A DNA stretch of 64,000 nucleotides, taken from positions 32,001-96,000 of the forward strand of contig CAVPCQ010000010.1 in the NCBI GenBank assembly GCA_963702425.1. The letters run 5' to 3'. The notes beneath the pieces were generated by a model. The model saw only the letters and a program-made list of their open reading frames with translations, had not been told where the DNA came from and searched no databases. Positions 29,483-40,097 of this stretch are shown piece after piece. Made by a program: the position numbers and the translations under genes. Within the stretch, counting starts at the first letter, position 1. Every line of letters starts with the position of its first letter. Source of the stretch: an uncultured Acidobacteriota bacterium. Its GTDB lineage: Bacteria; Acidobacteriota; Polarisedimenticolia; J045.

Positions 29483-30017
29483 ATGCGTCGTGCCGGTCTC
29501 GTCGCTCTCGCCCATCTCGCCCTACTCGCACCCGCGCCGGTCGCCTTGGCCCAGCACGATCACGGCGCGACCGCGGCCAAGGCTCCGAATGCGTCCTTCG
29601 AGAAACTCAAGTCGCTCGAGGGGACATGGACCGGAAAGGCCGGCCCGAAGGGGGGCGAAGCCACCGAAGCGACCGTGACCTACAAGCTCACCGGCGGGGG
29701 GAGCGCGCTGGTCGAGACGCTCTTTCCCGGGACGCCGCACGAAATGGTGACGGTCTACACCGTCGACGGCGCCGAGCGTTCGCCTCACGCACTACTGCGC
29801 GGCCGGCAACCAGCCCAGCATGAAGCTCGCGGGCGTCGACGGGAACACGATGCGGTTCGATTTCGTTTCGGGCGCCAACATGAAGCTCTCCGACATGCAC
29901 ATGCACTCGGCCGCAATCACGATCGTCGACGCGAACCACGTCGTCACCGAGTGGACGGCGTGGCGCGACGGCAAGCCGGCGGAGGTGATGGTCTTCGAAC
30001 TGGGCCGCAAACCGTAG
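29483..30017 (+). CDS. Conserved secreted hypothetical protein; frameshift near 29780
   Basis: Signal peptide; FEKLKSLEGTW..GGSALVE..EMVTVY continues in another frame as LTHYCAAGNQPSM..HMHS. Confidence 0.75.
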
Positions 30018-30058
30018 GGGCCGGCCTCTGTGCCGGCCCGCGGCCTCTGTGCCGGCCC
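30014..30058 (+). repeat. GTAG REP (30014-30039) supplying the stop codon, followed by a partial tandem copy
   Basis: GTAGGGGCCGGCCTCTGTGCCGGCCC then CGGCCTCTGTGCCGGCCC. Confidence 0.88.
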
Positions 30059-30119
30059 GCCGACCGGGAGGCGGTCAAGCGCGCCCGGCGGATCTCTGCG
30101 GCTGGAACGGCCCTCCGGC

Positions 30120-33100
30120 TCAGGGCCCCTCTTGATGGCAGCTGTTGACGGTCCGCACCTGGAGGAAGGTCAGCGCGGGCGTCGTCCCGGCCCCGTCCGG
30201 AAGCGTGAACGTCGTCTCCGTCGTCGTCGTGCCGACCAGCTCCACGGCGCTGCGGAACGTCGGGTCGACGGACTGCAGGACGTGGTAACCGGCCCCGGCC
30301 ACCGCGCTCCAGGACAGGGCGAGATCGAAGGGCGGCGAGCTGCCGGCCCGGGCGAGCCGCAGGTCCGGCGACCCCGTGGGTGTCGGCTGGGCGCACGGTT
30401 GCGGCGTGCAGTCGAAGGCCCCCTCGATCGTGAAGTGGAGCGTGCGCGGGCGGATGTAGCCGTCCGTGGTCGCGCCGGAGCCGTCCACGTCCTGGACCCT
30501 GAGTGTCCACGTCCCTTGCATCGATTCTCCGGCGAAATCGGCCATGCTGCCGGGGCCGTCCGGCAGCGTGTCGCGGTCGAAACGCGTCTCGATGCCGTGG
30601 CCGTTGCCGGCACTCCGATCGTGCAGCCGGACCGTCGTGCCCTCGGGCGAGACCAGCTCGACGATGAGCTGCGTCGCGTCCTGGTGGAAGACGTCGAGCG
30701 TCACGTCGACGTCGGCGATCGTCTGGGTTTCTGCGACGTTCCAGTAGGTCTCGACCGGAGCGGTGGTCAGGTACGGAATCGCGACGATCTCGGTCTGCGT
30801 GTCGTCGCGCAGCCGGTTGCCCATCGGAATCCGGATCGCGCTCGAGAAGGGGGCTGAGTTCGAAGCCGCCCCGCTGAGCGCGAGCTCCAGAACGTCGCCG
30901 CAGTGCGCCTGCTCCAGCACCACGACCTGGAAGTGCGGGGCGCTGCTCTCCATCGTCGAGTTCGGGGCGATGGTCGGCCAGGTCGACGTCGGCCCGAGGA
31001 TGCGGACCTCTGGCGGGCCGATCAGCCCCAGCTTCCCGCTGGTCGAAAGGGCCGGGTCTCCGCCGGAGTTGAACAGCGAGACCGCCAGGTTCAGCGTCTC
31101 GCCCGGCTCCGGGATCCCGTCCCCGTCGTCGATCACGCGGTGAGAGGCCTTCTGAAGCCGGCTCCCGGGCGGCGCCGTCACGCAGTTGGAGACCCGGCTG
31201 CTGCACGCCCGCTGGGTGCCGAAAGCCTGGACCCGGTAGTTGCGCAGGACGTCGGCGTCCCGGCTGTTGTCGACATAGGTGGTCTGGCTGGAGGGGAGGG
31301 CTGCGAGCGGGACCTGCTGGCGGTTGCAGCCCAGCTCGCCGCGGAAGACGCGGTACTCTGCGGCCCCCGCGACGGGAGCCCAGCTCAGCTCGACGCCGGC
31401 CGGCACCATCGATCGCGTCACCACCGGGGCCGCCAGCGTCGGGCAGCTCGAGGAGTTCCGGTTCGTGGCATCCGTCGCGGCGCCGCAGGCGAGCTTGTGG
31501 CGGTTGAACGCCGCGAAGAGCGCCGCGGCGTGCGGCGTCCCGTTGGCCAGATTGCCGTCGTTGTCGTCGGCAACGCGCATCCGCTGGTACCAGCTGGTGG
31601 CACCGCAGGAATCGGAGAGCGGCAGCAGGCAGGTGTAGGCGTTGCCCCCGGATCCCGGCCGCGTCTGGTACCAGAGCCGATCGACCAGCTGCCAGGCGCT
31701 GTCCTGGTCCATCCCCGCGGCAGGGAGGTCGCGCGTGGCCAGGTCGAAGAAGGCCTCACTCGAGACGTAGGACTCGCAGTGGGGCTCGCGGCGGCACGGA
31801 CCGCCGAAGCCGGAGGTATCGGTGGGACACCGTGTCCCGGCGAAGCCCGAGGGCGTGGCCGGCGTCTTCGACTGGCGCGCGTTCCAGTCGAAGTCGCGGA
31901 ACCCGGTGCAGCTCAGGCAGGTGTCCCCGTAGCCGGTGCAGGTGCTGCCGTCGTTGTACATTCCGCGCCCCATGCAGGAGTCGCGTGTGGTGAGGATCGC
32001 GACGACGTCCGAGTAGGCCTCGGAGGGGCGGTCCTTCCCGCCGCCGTCGTTCTCGTCGTAGCCGTGTCCCCACTCGTGGACCAGGATGTCGGTGTTCTCG
32101 CCGGTGTTGTTGCAGTTGCTACCGGCGCCGTACATGTTGATCACGGTCCCGGACCAATTGGCATTGCAGCTCGAGGTGAGGTTGACGTTGACCGTCAGGG
32201 GGCTGCGCAGCCAGGTGTTGGCCGGGTCGTAGAACCGCGCGATCTCGGCGACGCGGTTGACGTGGTAGTACGCCGTCCGCGCGGCCGCGGTGTTCCCGGC
32301 CGACGCTCCCGGCGCGACGCTGCAGTTCTCGCCCTGCTTGAGCCCGAGGTCGAGGCCGCCCCCGCAGGTCCCGAACTCCGCGGCGGGGCCGCAGGTGTCG
32401 GCGATGTTGACGTAGGGCCCGCTCAGGTTCGTTTCGACCGTGGCGGCCGGCTCGCTGCACGTCAGGTTCCCGTAGGCATCGGCGAACTGTTCGGCCTGGC
32501 CGGACTCGGTGAAGTCGGCGAAGGGCATCGGGAAGCCGGCAACCTCGCAGCCGCCCTGGAAGCAGTCGCCGTCGGGCGCGACGGGGAAGACCCCGCCGCG
32601 GACGGAGGCGTACTGGGTTCCCTCGTAGAAAGCGCTGATCGAGCCGTCGTGCGCGTCGACCTCGCCGACCCAGCGGATCGGGGCGTCCGCCTGGTCGAGC
32701 AGGAAGCGCCAGACCAGCTCGTGCCTCAGCCCCTCACCGCGCGCGCCGGACCACGGCTGTGGCTCGCCCTCCGCCGGGGCGGCATCGACGGCAATGAGCG
32801 TCAGCTCCGGTTCGCCCGCGAGCCTCAGCCCCGCCGCGTCGTCGCCGAGATAGCTCGTCAGCCGGTCGAGGGCCCGGGCGGCGTCGAACGCCGGGATGCC
32901 GCGGGTGCGGGGCCGGCCCCAGAGGTCGGCCCCCATCAGGACCATCCGCCCGCTCACGACATGGAGATCGAGCCGGGCGTTCTCGACCCGCACGCCGTCG
33001 ACGCGCTGGCGGAAGACGAGTTGCCAGTGCCCGTCACGCAGGCGGAGGCTGGCCGAGCGATCGAGTTCCAGGATCGCGGACCAGTCCCCGAGCAGCGCCA

Positions 33101-33470
33101 CGTTGTCGGCCAGGAACTTCCGGGCGAGCCGGTCGAGATCGTCGAGCGTCGCACCCGGGAGCGTGGTCTCGGCGATCCAGGGGATCCCGCTTCCCGAGAC
33201 CAGTGTCGGGAGCCCGCTGCGCTCGTCGAGGTAGACGGCCCAGTCGCCGCCGTTCCGGGCCTGGAACTCCTCCCAGCGCGTACGCAGGGCGTCCGTGTCG
33301 GCGAGGCTCTCCACGGGGCGCGGGAGCACGGAGACCGCCCCGCCCTCGCGGTGAACGATCCGGCCGTCGAACCGCGATGGGGCGCGCCGGTCGGAACCGG
33401 CGTGCGCCGTCGCGATCAGCGACAGGAAGGCGACTGTGGCGGCGAGCGCCGCACGGTGCTGCCTGCGCAT
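30120..33470 (-). CDS. Secreted gluzincin metalloprotease (M4/M36-like) with FTP-type propeptide, proprotein convertase P-domain and terminal FN3-like domain
   Basis: Signal peptide MRRQHRAALAATV; FRQRVDGVRVENA propeptide; HEWGH...SEAYSD; P-domain IADVDV..H....LIVELVSPEG..GTWTLRVQD. Confidence 0.85.
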   Translation of the reverse strand: MRRQHRAALAATVAFLSLIATAHAGSDRRAPSRFDGRIVHREGGAVSVLPRPVESLADTDALRTRWEEFQARNGGDWAVYLDERSGLPTLVSGSGIPWIAETTLPGATLDDLDRLARKFLADNVALLGDWSAILELDRSASLRLRDGHWQLVFRQRVDGVRVENARLDLHVVSGRMVLMGADLWGRPRTRGIPAFDAARALDRLTSYLGDDAAGLRLAGEPELTLIAVDAAPAEGEPQPWSGARGEGLRHELVWRFLLDQADAPIRWVGEVDAHDGSISAFYEGTQYASVRGGVFPVAPDGDCFQGGCEVAGFPMPFADFTESGQAEQFADAYGNLTCSEPAATVETNLSGPYVNIADTCGPAAEFGTCGGGLDLGLKQGENCSVAPGASAGNTAAARTAYYHVNRVAEIARFYDPANTWLRSPLTVNVNLTSSCNANWSGTVINMYGAGSNCNNTGENTDILVHEWGHGYDENDGGGKDRPSEAYSDVVAILTTRDSCMGRGMYNDGSTCTGYGDTCLSCTGFRDFDWNARQSKTPATPSGFAGTRCPTDTSGFGGPCRREPHCESYVSSEAFFDLATRDLPAAGMDQDSAWQLVDRLWYQTRPGSGGNAYTCLLPLSDSCGATSWYQRMRVADDNDGNLANGTPHAAALFAAFNRHKLACGAATDATNRNSSSCPTLAAPVVTRSMVPAGVELSWAPVAGAAEYRVFRGELGCNRQQVPLAALPSSQTTYVDNSRDADVLRNYRVQAFGTQRACSSRVSNCVTAPPGSRLQKASHRVIDDGDGIPEPGETLNLAVSLFNSGGDPALSTSGKLGLIGPPEVRILGPTSTWPTIAPNSTMESSAPHFQVVVLEQAHCGDVLELALSGAASNSAPFSSAIRIPMGNRLRDDTQTEIVAIPYLTTAPVETYWNVAETQTIADVDVTLDVFHQDATQLIVELVSPEGTTVRLHDRSAGNGHGIETRFDRDTLPDGPGSMADFAGESMQGTWTLRVQDVDGSGATTDGYIRPRTLHFTIEGAFDCTPQPCAQPTPTGSPDLRLARAGSSPPFDLALSWSAVAGAGYHVLQSVDPTFRSAVELVGTTTTETTFTLPDGAGTTPALTFLQVRTVNSCHQEGP

Positions 33471-33508
33471 GAACCTCTCCCGGCCCGTGCGGGCCGCGTC
33501 CTCGCGCC

Positions 33509-36500
33509 TCAATTGCAGACGGGATCGGACGTGTCGTCGTCGATCACGCCGCAGAGCCCGGCCGCGCGCCAGCTCCGCGGCCCCGTCGAGCTGGTCCCGG
33601 GACTCCCGGCCGCGCCGGCGTCGTTCACCCAGAGCACGTTGAACCAGACGTTGCCCGGGGGAGCGGTGAAGGTCGCGTTCGGTCCCGTGCCGATGTTGCA
33701 GCCCGTGACTGCCCCCTGGTAGCCGTTGTAGTTGCCCAGCGTGCCGTAGACCACGACGGCGTGGTTCGAGTTGCAGGTGGCGTTGTCGATCGTGACCGTC
33801 ACCGCGTTCGGTCCGGTGCCCCGGCGGAAGCGCACGGGCGTCCCGACCTTGCCGTCGGCCATCGGGGGCGCCGGCGTGGGCACGACGCCGCACCCGGCAT
33901 CGCACTGGATCCCGGTGATCGAGAGCGCAGCGGTGCTGAGGCTTGCCCGGCCCCCGCCGTTGTTCTCCTCGACGCGGATCTCGTAGGTTCCTGGTCCCGC
34001 GGCGTCGTAGATTGCCTTGACGTCGTAAGGACCGGTGTCGGCGGCGCCGAAGCGCTTGATCACGTAGCCCCTGGTCCCGTTCCACAGCGTGACCTGCGCG
34101 TTGGCGGTCCAGTTCCCGGTGGGCGTCTGGTCGGTGACCGTCATCGTGGCGCCGCGCAGCGTCGCCTGGCCGCCGCAGGAGCCGCTGGTGGACTCCTGGA
34201 GCCCGATGCTGTACTGCCCGGCGCCGCCGTTGGCGTTCCGGTAGACGCTCAGCACGTCGTAGGGTTTCGCCACCGCCACACCGAAGTCCTTCAGCGTCGA
34301 GTTGACGCCCTTCGGCGTTCGCAGGAAGACCTTGGTGCAGGCGGTCACGTTGGCGTGCGAGAGCGTCGTCCAGTCGACGACCGCCGCCGCCGCCGTGCTC
34401 GGCGAGATCGTGAACGGGGCCCCGAGCAGCGAGGTCACCGACGTATTCGTGGCGTTCAGCGGATCCGTCACCTGCCGCTCGGTCTGGGCCGGGGGGACGT
34501 TGGTGTAGCCGTAGGTGTAGCTCAGCGTTGCGCTGTACACGGGCACCGGCACGGTGAGCGCCGGCGAGAGCGGTGACGAAGCGAGGGAGTCCTCGGCGAG
34601 CAGAGGGCTGACCGTCTGCGTCGCGGTCTGCTGCGCCCCGATGCCTCCCACGGGGATCGAGAAGGCCGACGGCTGGTCGGCGTATGACGCCTGGCTGGTG
34701 GCGATGTTCCGCACGTCGAACAGGACGTCCTCGATGCAGGTCGCGTCCGGCCCGACGACGAACTCGTAGGTAGCGGTCGCGGTCCCGCCGGCGGCAGCGA
34801 GGGTCCCGAAGCTCTTCGGGTTGCCGCTCACGCTCGCCGGGTTGCGCGAGCTGCCGCTCGGCAGCAGGTCGGCCACCGTGTTCACCGCGGGCGCCGCTGT
34901 CGAGTTGCGGAGCGTGACGTCGACTCTCCAGCGCTCGGTCGGCTCGACCAGTGCATCGCCGTCGCCGCAGACCTGCGTGAGGTTTCCGAAGCGGTCGAAG
35001 ACCACGCCGCAACCCGCGTCCGCGTGCGGGGTCGCATCGCAGGTCTTCTGCACGACGCTGGTCAGGCTGACGTTGTCGAGGCCGTAGCCTCCCAGCGTCG
35101 AGATGCCATATGCCGAGCTGCGCATCGAGCCGACCCGCCAGCGGAACTGGACCAGGTCGCCCGGGGAAAGCCCTGACAGCGCGCCGGAGGCCGACCTCCA
35201 GTTCACCACCCCCTGGTCGAGCTGGTTGAAGACCTTCTCGCCCAGGCCGGGTGTCTCGGAGAAGCAGGCGTCGCCCAGCTCGCCGCCCGTGTTGCAGAGC
35301 GGGTTGCAGTAGGTGTTGAAGATCAACCCGCCGTCGTACGGGAGCGTGGTCAGCTTCCGCCACACGCCGCCGTTGACGCGGTAGTCGACCCGCGCCCCGT
35401 CCGCGCGGAGGGTACCGGAGTAGCCGAAGCGGTACTCGTGGTCGAACGTCAGGGTCGTTCCGGTCGCGTCGATCTTGAAGACCGGCGAGTAGAGCGCCGA
35501 GTCCGAGAGGTCGCCGAGGTCGCCGGCGGGGAAACTGTCCGCCGGATTCTTCCAGCAGAAGTAGCCGCCCCCGGCGTTGCCGCCGGTGCCGCGCCAGAAG
35601 AACCGGTCGGCGTAGGGGCTGCAGGGGAGCCCGTCGGGGTTGACCACGGCTCCGTCGTCGTCGCCCGGACCGAGTTGGTGGACGAAGCCCGTCGGGTTGG
35701 TGGTGAACGGCTCCTGGTACGTCACCGTTCCCGGCACGTCGTTGAGGTCGAGGATCAGTGAGACCTCCTGCGGCGCGAGCGGGCCGGCGAAGCCGTCGGC
35801 GAGGATCAGCACCCGGAACGTCGCGGTCGGCGGCTTCATCGGATCGGCGCAGGCGACGCTGCCGGCTACCTTGAAGGTGAAGGGATCGGTCGTCACGCTG
35901 TTGACGCCCGTGCTTCCCGCGGCGATCGTGCCGAACGAGGCCGTCTTCTTGCTGATGCAGTCGACGGTAGGATCGTCGGAGTCGATGATCGCCACGACGT
36001 TCTGGAGCGGCTGGCCGGTGTTGTTTCGGATCCGGATCGAGACGTTGACGGTCTCGTTCGTGTCGCCGTACGAGTCGTGGTCGCCGTTGTCCGTCAGGCC
36101 GGCGAACCCGTCCACGACGACGTCGCCACCCTGGCAGTCGATCGTGGCGAACGACTGGGGCGACGAGCCAAAGCCGCCGTTGTAGGTCACGCGGATCCGG
36201 TCGCTCGGGGCGACCAGCAGCGTCCCGTCGTTGGAGCGCGGCCCGCCGGCGGTGGAGGAGGGGAGGGTCGCGGTGAAGTTCGGCCCGGCGCCGTAGAGCG
36301 AGAAGGTCTCGCTGTCACCGGTGGTCTCGGAGACGACCGTCACCTGGACCGCTCCGGAGGCGTTGCCGTCGAGCACGCTGACCCCGAGCGGCTGGCTCGG
36401 GCACTGGAGGTAACTGAAACGGTCGAACGCCACGACCGCGGCCGGGGCGGTGCACGAGCCGACCTGCCCTTCGGCGTGATACTGGGTGTAGGCCAGGTTG

Positions 36501-39500
36501 AGATCGTCCAGGGCCAGCCCCTGCGTCGCCGCGGTCTTGAGCGGATCGCCCCCTAGATCGGTGTCGTAGACCTCGATCGCCCAGCGCCACTGGAGCCCCG
36601 CCGTGGCCAGGCCGCGGGCGTTTCCGAAGCTGATCCCGTCGGTGTTGGCCGGCGGGGCGGTCGAGTTCCACGGTGTCGCGCTGTCCCAGCCCTGGTCGGG
36701 GTAGAAGAAGTAGCCATAGGTGTAGGGGTAGTAGTCGTAGATCTCGTTGACCCCCGGGGTCGAGACGCCAGGGTAGTTGTGGTCCCAGAAGAACCCGACC
36801 GCCATCGCTGGATCGGCCAGGGCGACCATGTCCGAGCGGAAGTACCAGGTGGCGGACTGCCACTCGTAGTTCCAGGGCTGGCCGTTGGCCGCGAGGCCGG
36901 TGTGGGCCGGCCCGAAGATCGGCGAGTAGAGCGCGGTGTCGACGATCGTGCCCAAGCCGCCGGCTTTCGTCTGCTGGAAGTTGGTGCAGGCGGCGGCGTC
37001 GGCGTTGCTCTTGAACGCCCTGGTCCCCGCGGTGTCGCACGAGATCCTCGGGTCGTCGGAACGGGTCTCGCTGCCGCAGCCGGCGCCGTGGGTCCACGGC
37101 GCCTCCACCGCGCTGACCTGCGTCGCGGTGCCGCAGTCGAAGGGAGTGCAGGAGTACTGGTAGTCGATCTTCTGCTCGACGAACCCCTGGGCCCCGGCCT
37201 CGAAGTTCCAGCACTGGCCCTCGCTGGCGATGGTGTCGTCGGTCTGAAGCAGGTGGCGCTGGGTGATGACCTGCGGAACGCTCAAACCGTCGGAGGCCGA
37301 GGTGATGTACAGGTTGAAGTCGGTCTCGCTCATCCGCAGGGCCGGGGTGTCGATGCTGGGGTCGATGGTGAGCGTGAAGACCGGCGCCGTCAGTTGGCCG
37401 CGCGCGAGGGAGCCGAGCTGGACGATCGGGTTGAAGATCGTCACCTTGTTGGCGGCCGGGCCGGTGATGACCAGCTCGGCGACGATGTCGGTCAGGTCGG
37501 AGGCGGTCGGCGGGTTGTAGATGCCGAAGGTGTACGAGATGTACTCGCCGCCGTCCATGTAGTCGCGGTAGCGCTCGCCCCCCTGGCCCCCCTCGCAGCC
37601 GCCGGCGGTGAGGTAGCCGCCGTCCTGCAGGCGGGTCTTGCAGCTCACCGCCGCGTCGACGGACCGCTCGCCGTGGCCCGGGTGCGGGTCGGCGTAGAAG
37701 GTCGTGATCGTCTCCGTGTCGTGAACGTTGACCGTACCGTTGTTCGACGAGCCGGGAGCGCCGCTGACCGGCAGCGTCGCTTTCCAGGTCTTGCAGGTGC
37801 CGCCGGAGCAGTCGGATCCGGTCCAGGACCCCGCCGGGATCTTCTCGGAGTCGCCTCCGGTGGTCGAGATCGTGATTCTGGCCGCGACGGTCGCCGCGTC
37901 GATCGCGATCGAGTCGGTCACCGTGACCGTCATCGAGTCATCACAGGTGTAGGTCCCCTTGTCCACCTGGACCTGCGCGTCGGTGCTGCACGAGGAGAAG
38001 CGGAAGCTCGCGATGGCGGTCTTCCATGCGGCGTAGCCGCCGTCGGAGAACTCGCCGAGGTACCAGAAGGTGCAGCCGTCCGGATCGACGGTCATTCCGC
38101 TGTAATCCCCCCAGCGGTCGCAGCCGCCCCCGCAGCCGCCGCCGTCGGTGTAGTTGCCGAGGCCGGCGCGCTGGAGCGTCTCGCTCTGGAGCGTGCCCGG
38201 CGGGTCGCTGAACAGGCGCCCGGTGATCCAGAGCTGGGTGTGGGTCGTCGGGCTGGACTTTGTATAGCCGATCGCGATGCTGCCGTTCCGGTCGACCGAT
38301 ACGTCGGGGTAGTAGCGGAAGTCGTCGGTGCTGCCGTAGGCGCCGCCGGTCTGCTGCTGCTCGAGCACCGGCGCCGGCCCGGAGACGTTGACCTGGATCC
38401 AGTCGATGCAGCTCTCGGCGTTGCCGCCGCCGAGGTTGCAGCCCGTGGCGCGTGTGGCCCAGAGCCTGCCGCCGCGGTACTCGGCGTCGTACCAGCGGCC
38501 GCTCCCGGTATCGTTGTAGTTGCCCGGAAGTGACCCCAGCTCGGGCGCGCTCGGCGGCACGCCGTTGAACGCCGCCTCGGGGAAGGTGCCGTAGATCACC
38601 GGCGGCGTGGCGAACGGATCGCTCCAGCGCCAGATCCGGCTGTTCCCGCCGCCGTCGTGCGCGATGAAGTGGTGCGGGGTGCCCGGGGCCGGCCAGCCGC
38701 CAGAGGTATAGCCGTGGATCTTGACCGGCTGGGCCGTGAAGAACAACGAGCCGAGCCCCGCCTCCGCGACCGCGGCCGCAGTTCCCTGGTAGAGGGCGTT
38801 CTTGTCGACGGCGAAGATCCGGATGGAATCGAGGCCGCCATTGTCGACGAACATGTTGCCCGAGATGTAGATCGCGTCGAGGCCGATGCCCATGTGTGGG
38901 TAGTCCAGCCAGGTGCTCGGCTGGACCGAGTCGGAGCGGAACGAGGTCCGGTACCAGACCCCCGTCGGGTCGTTGGTGGCCGTCGCGGCGACGCAGAGAT
39001 AGGAATCCTGGCCGCTCGTCGTTTCGAGCGTCTCGCCACCCATGACGAACCGGTTGGCGGCCTCGTCGTAGTCGACGAAGACGTCGAAGACGCTGGCGCA
39101 GTGGGGCACGCCGGCGAAGAACTGGTCCAGCGTGATCTCGTCGATCAACGGCGTGCCGGCCTTGTTCCACACCCGGTAGCGCTGGTTGACGATCGCGACC
39201 AGGTGGCCCGGGCCGGCAGCCATGATCGGGTCCGGCGGGACCATGAAGGTGCCGCCCGATCCGATTGCGTCGAAGCTGACGCCGGCCGGGGAGGGGGCGA
39301 GGGGAGACGGCCCGCTCACGTCCTGGGCGTCCGGCGTCAGCGGGGCGCTTTCGGCCTGCCGCTTGACCCAGCGGTACTCTTCCCAGGTCATCCCGGAGTG
39401 GTGGTCGAGCAGCGATTCCTGCTCCGACTCGACCTCGCTCTTCGGCTCGATCTTCTCGCCCGGCGGGAGCTGACGCAGGTCGATCGGCGAGATCTGGTAC

Positions 39501-40060
39501 TTCGCGCCGTGCACGGCGTAGCTGATCGACTCGTCCGGGACGTACTCGACCCGCTTGCCGCTGAGCAGGTTGGCGGCGTAGTTGCTGGCGAGCGCACTGG
39601 GGATCCCCGCGGGGCCGGCAGTCCCCAGATTCGCCGTCTGCGCCGCCTTCCAGGCCTCGAACTCCGCCTGGGCCTCCGCGGTCGCGGGACGGTAGCCGCG
39701 GACCCAGCGGCCCGCGGTGACCGCGTCGGTGGACATCCGCTCCCTCGGCGCGACGGTCTGCGTGCCGGGAATGCGCTCGCGCGGCGGCGCGAGTTTGCCG
39801 TCCTGGCGCCATGGCCCCGGGCGCGTCGCCTTGACGCTGTCTCTCACGCCCCCCGACTTCGCCGTCTCGCCGGACCCGTCGGCCGAGCAGGTTCCCCCGT
39901 CGGTCGCGACGGCAGCCGGTGCCGGCTGCACGGACTCCGCCGGCGCCTCCTCCGCTCCGGCCGGCATGACCGGCAGGAGCGCGATGAGCGCGGCCAGGAT
40001 CGCCGCGAGTACGAGGCTTCGTCCTGAGGGCTTGGAGGATCGCTTGTCGTGGGAGCGCAT
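33509..40060 (-). CDS. Giant (about 2183 aa) secreted multidomain protein with no recognised catalytic motif
   Basis: GAGGAG RBS, signal peptide; PPDPIMAAGP...DYP...RWGDY propeller-type domain, repeated beta-sandwich modules, many Cys pairs. Confidence 0.85.
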   Translation of the reverse strand: MRSHDKRSSKPSGRSLVLAAILAALIALLPVMPAGAEEAPAESVQPAPAAVATDGGTCSADGSGETAKSGGVRDSVKATRPGPWRQDGKLAPPRERIPGTQTVAPRERMSTDAVTAGRWVRGYRPATAEAQAEFEAWKAAQTANLGTAGPAGIPSALASNYAANLLSGKRVEYVPDESISYAVHGAKYQISPIDLRQLPPGEKIEPKSEVESEQESLLDHHSGMTWEEYRWVKRQAESAPLTPDAQDVSGPSPLAPSPAGVSFDAIGSGGTFMVPPDPIMAAGPGHLVAIVNQRYRVWNKAGTPLIDEITLDQFFAGVPHCASVFDVFVDYDEAANRFVMGGETLETTSGQDSYLCVAATATNDPTGVWYRTSFRSDSVQPSTWLDYPHMGIGLDAIYISGNMFVDNGGLDSIRIFAVDKNALYQGTAAAVAEAGLGSLFFTAQPVKIHGYTSGGWPAPGTPHHFIAHDGGGNSRIWRWSDPFATPPVIYGTFPEAAFNGVPPSAPELGSLPGNYNDTGSGRWYDAEYRGGRLWATRATGCNLGGGNAESCIDWIQVNVSGPAPVLEQQQTGGAYGSTDDFRYYPDVSVDRNGSIAIGYTKSSPTTHTQLWITGRLFSDPPGTLQSETLQRAGLGNYTDGGGCGGGCDRWGDYSGMTVDPDGCTFWYLGEFSDGGYAAWKTAIASFRFSSCSTDAQVQVDKGTYTCDDSMTVTVTDSIAIDAATVAARITISTTGGDSEKIPAGSWTGSDCSGGTCKTWKATLPVSGAPGSSNNGTVNVHDTETITTFYADPHPGHGERSVDAAVSCKTRLQDGGYLTAGGCEGGQGGERYRDYMDGGEYISYTFGIYNPPTASDLTDIVAELVITGPAANKVTIFNPIVQLGSLARGQLTAPVFTLTIDPSIDTPALRMSETDFNLYITSASDGLSVPQVITQRHLLQTDDTIASEGQCWNFEAGAQGFVEQKIDYQYSCTPFDCGTATQVSAVEAPWTHGAGCGSETRSDDPRISCDTAGTRAFKSNADAAACTNFQQTKAGGLGTIVDTALYSPIFGPAHTGLAANGQPWNYEWQSATWYFRSDMVALADPAMAVGFFWDHNYPGVSTPGVNEIYDYYPYTYGYFFYPDQGWDSATPWNSTAPPANTDGISFGNARGLATAGLQWRWAIEVYDTDLGGDPLKTAATQGLALDDLNLAYTQYHAEGQVGSCTAPAAVVAFDRFSYLQCPSQPLGVSVLDGNASGAVQVTVVSETTGDSETFSLYGAGPNFTATLPSSTAGGPRSNDGTLLVAPSDRIRVTYNGGFGSSPQSFATIDCQGGDVVVDGFAGLTDNGDHDSYGDTNETVNVSIRIRNNTGQPLQNVVAIIDSDDPTVDCISKKTASFGTIAAGSTGVNSVTTDPFTFKVAGSVACADPMKPPTATFRVLILADGFAGPLAPQEVSLILDLNDVPGTVTYQEPFTTNPTGFVHQLGPGDDDGAVVNPDGLPCSPYADRFFWRGTGGNAGGGYFCWKNPADSFPAGDLGDLSDSALYSPVFKIDATGTTLTFDHEYRFGYSGTLRADGARVDYRVNGGVWRKLTTLPYDGGLIFNTYCNPLCNTGGELGDACFSETPGLGEKVFNQLDQGVVNWRSASGALSGLSPGDLVQFRWRVGSMRSSAYGISTLGGYGLDNVSLTSVVQKTCDATPHADAGCGVVFDRFGNLTQVCGDGDALVEPTERWRVDVTLRNSTAAPAVNTVADLLPSGSSRNPASVSGNPKSFGTLAAAGGTATATYEFVVGPDATCIEDVLFDVRNIATSQASYADQPSAFSIPVGGIGAQQTATQTVSPLLAEDSLASSPLSPALTVPVPVYSATLSYTYGYTNVPPAQTERQVTDPLNATNTSVTSLLGAPFTISPSTAAAAVVDWTTLSHANVTACTKVFLRTPKGVNSTLKDFGVAVAKPYDVLSVYRNANGGAGQYSIGLQESTSGSCGGQATLRGATMTVTDQTPTGNWTANAQVTLWNGTRGYVIKRFGAADTGPYDVKAIYDAAGPGTYEIRVEENNGGGRASLSTAALSITGIQCDAGCGVVPTPAPPMADGKVGTPVRFRRGTGPNAVTVTIDNATCNSNHAVVVYGTLGNYNGYQGAVTGCNIGTGPNATFTAPPGNVWFNVLWVNDAGAAGSPGTSSTGPRSWRAAGLCGVIDDDTSDPVCN

Positions 40061-40097
40061 GGGGGACTCTCCTCGGGGTCTTGCTGTCATCCGGCGA

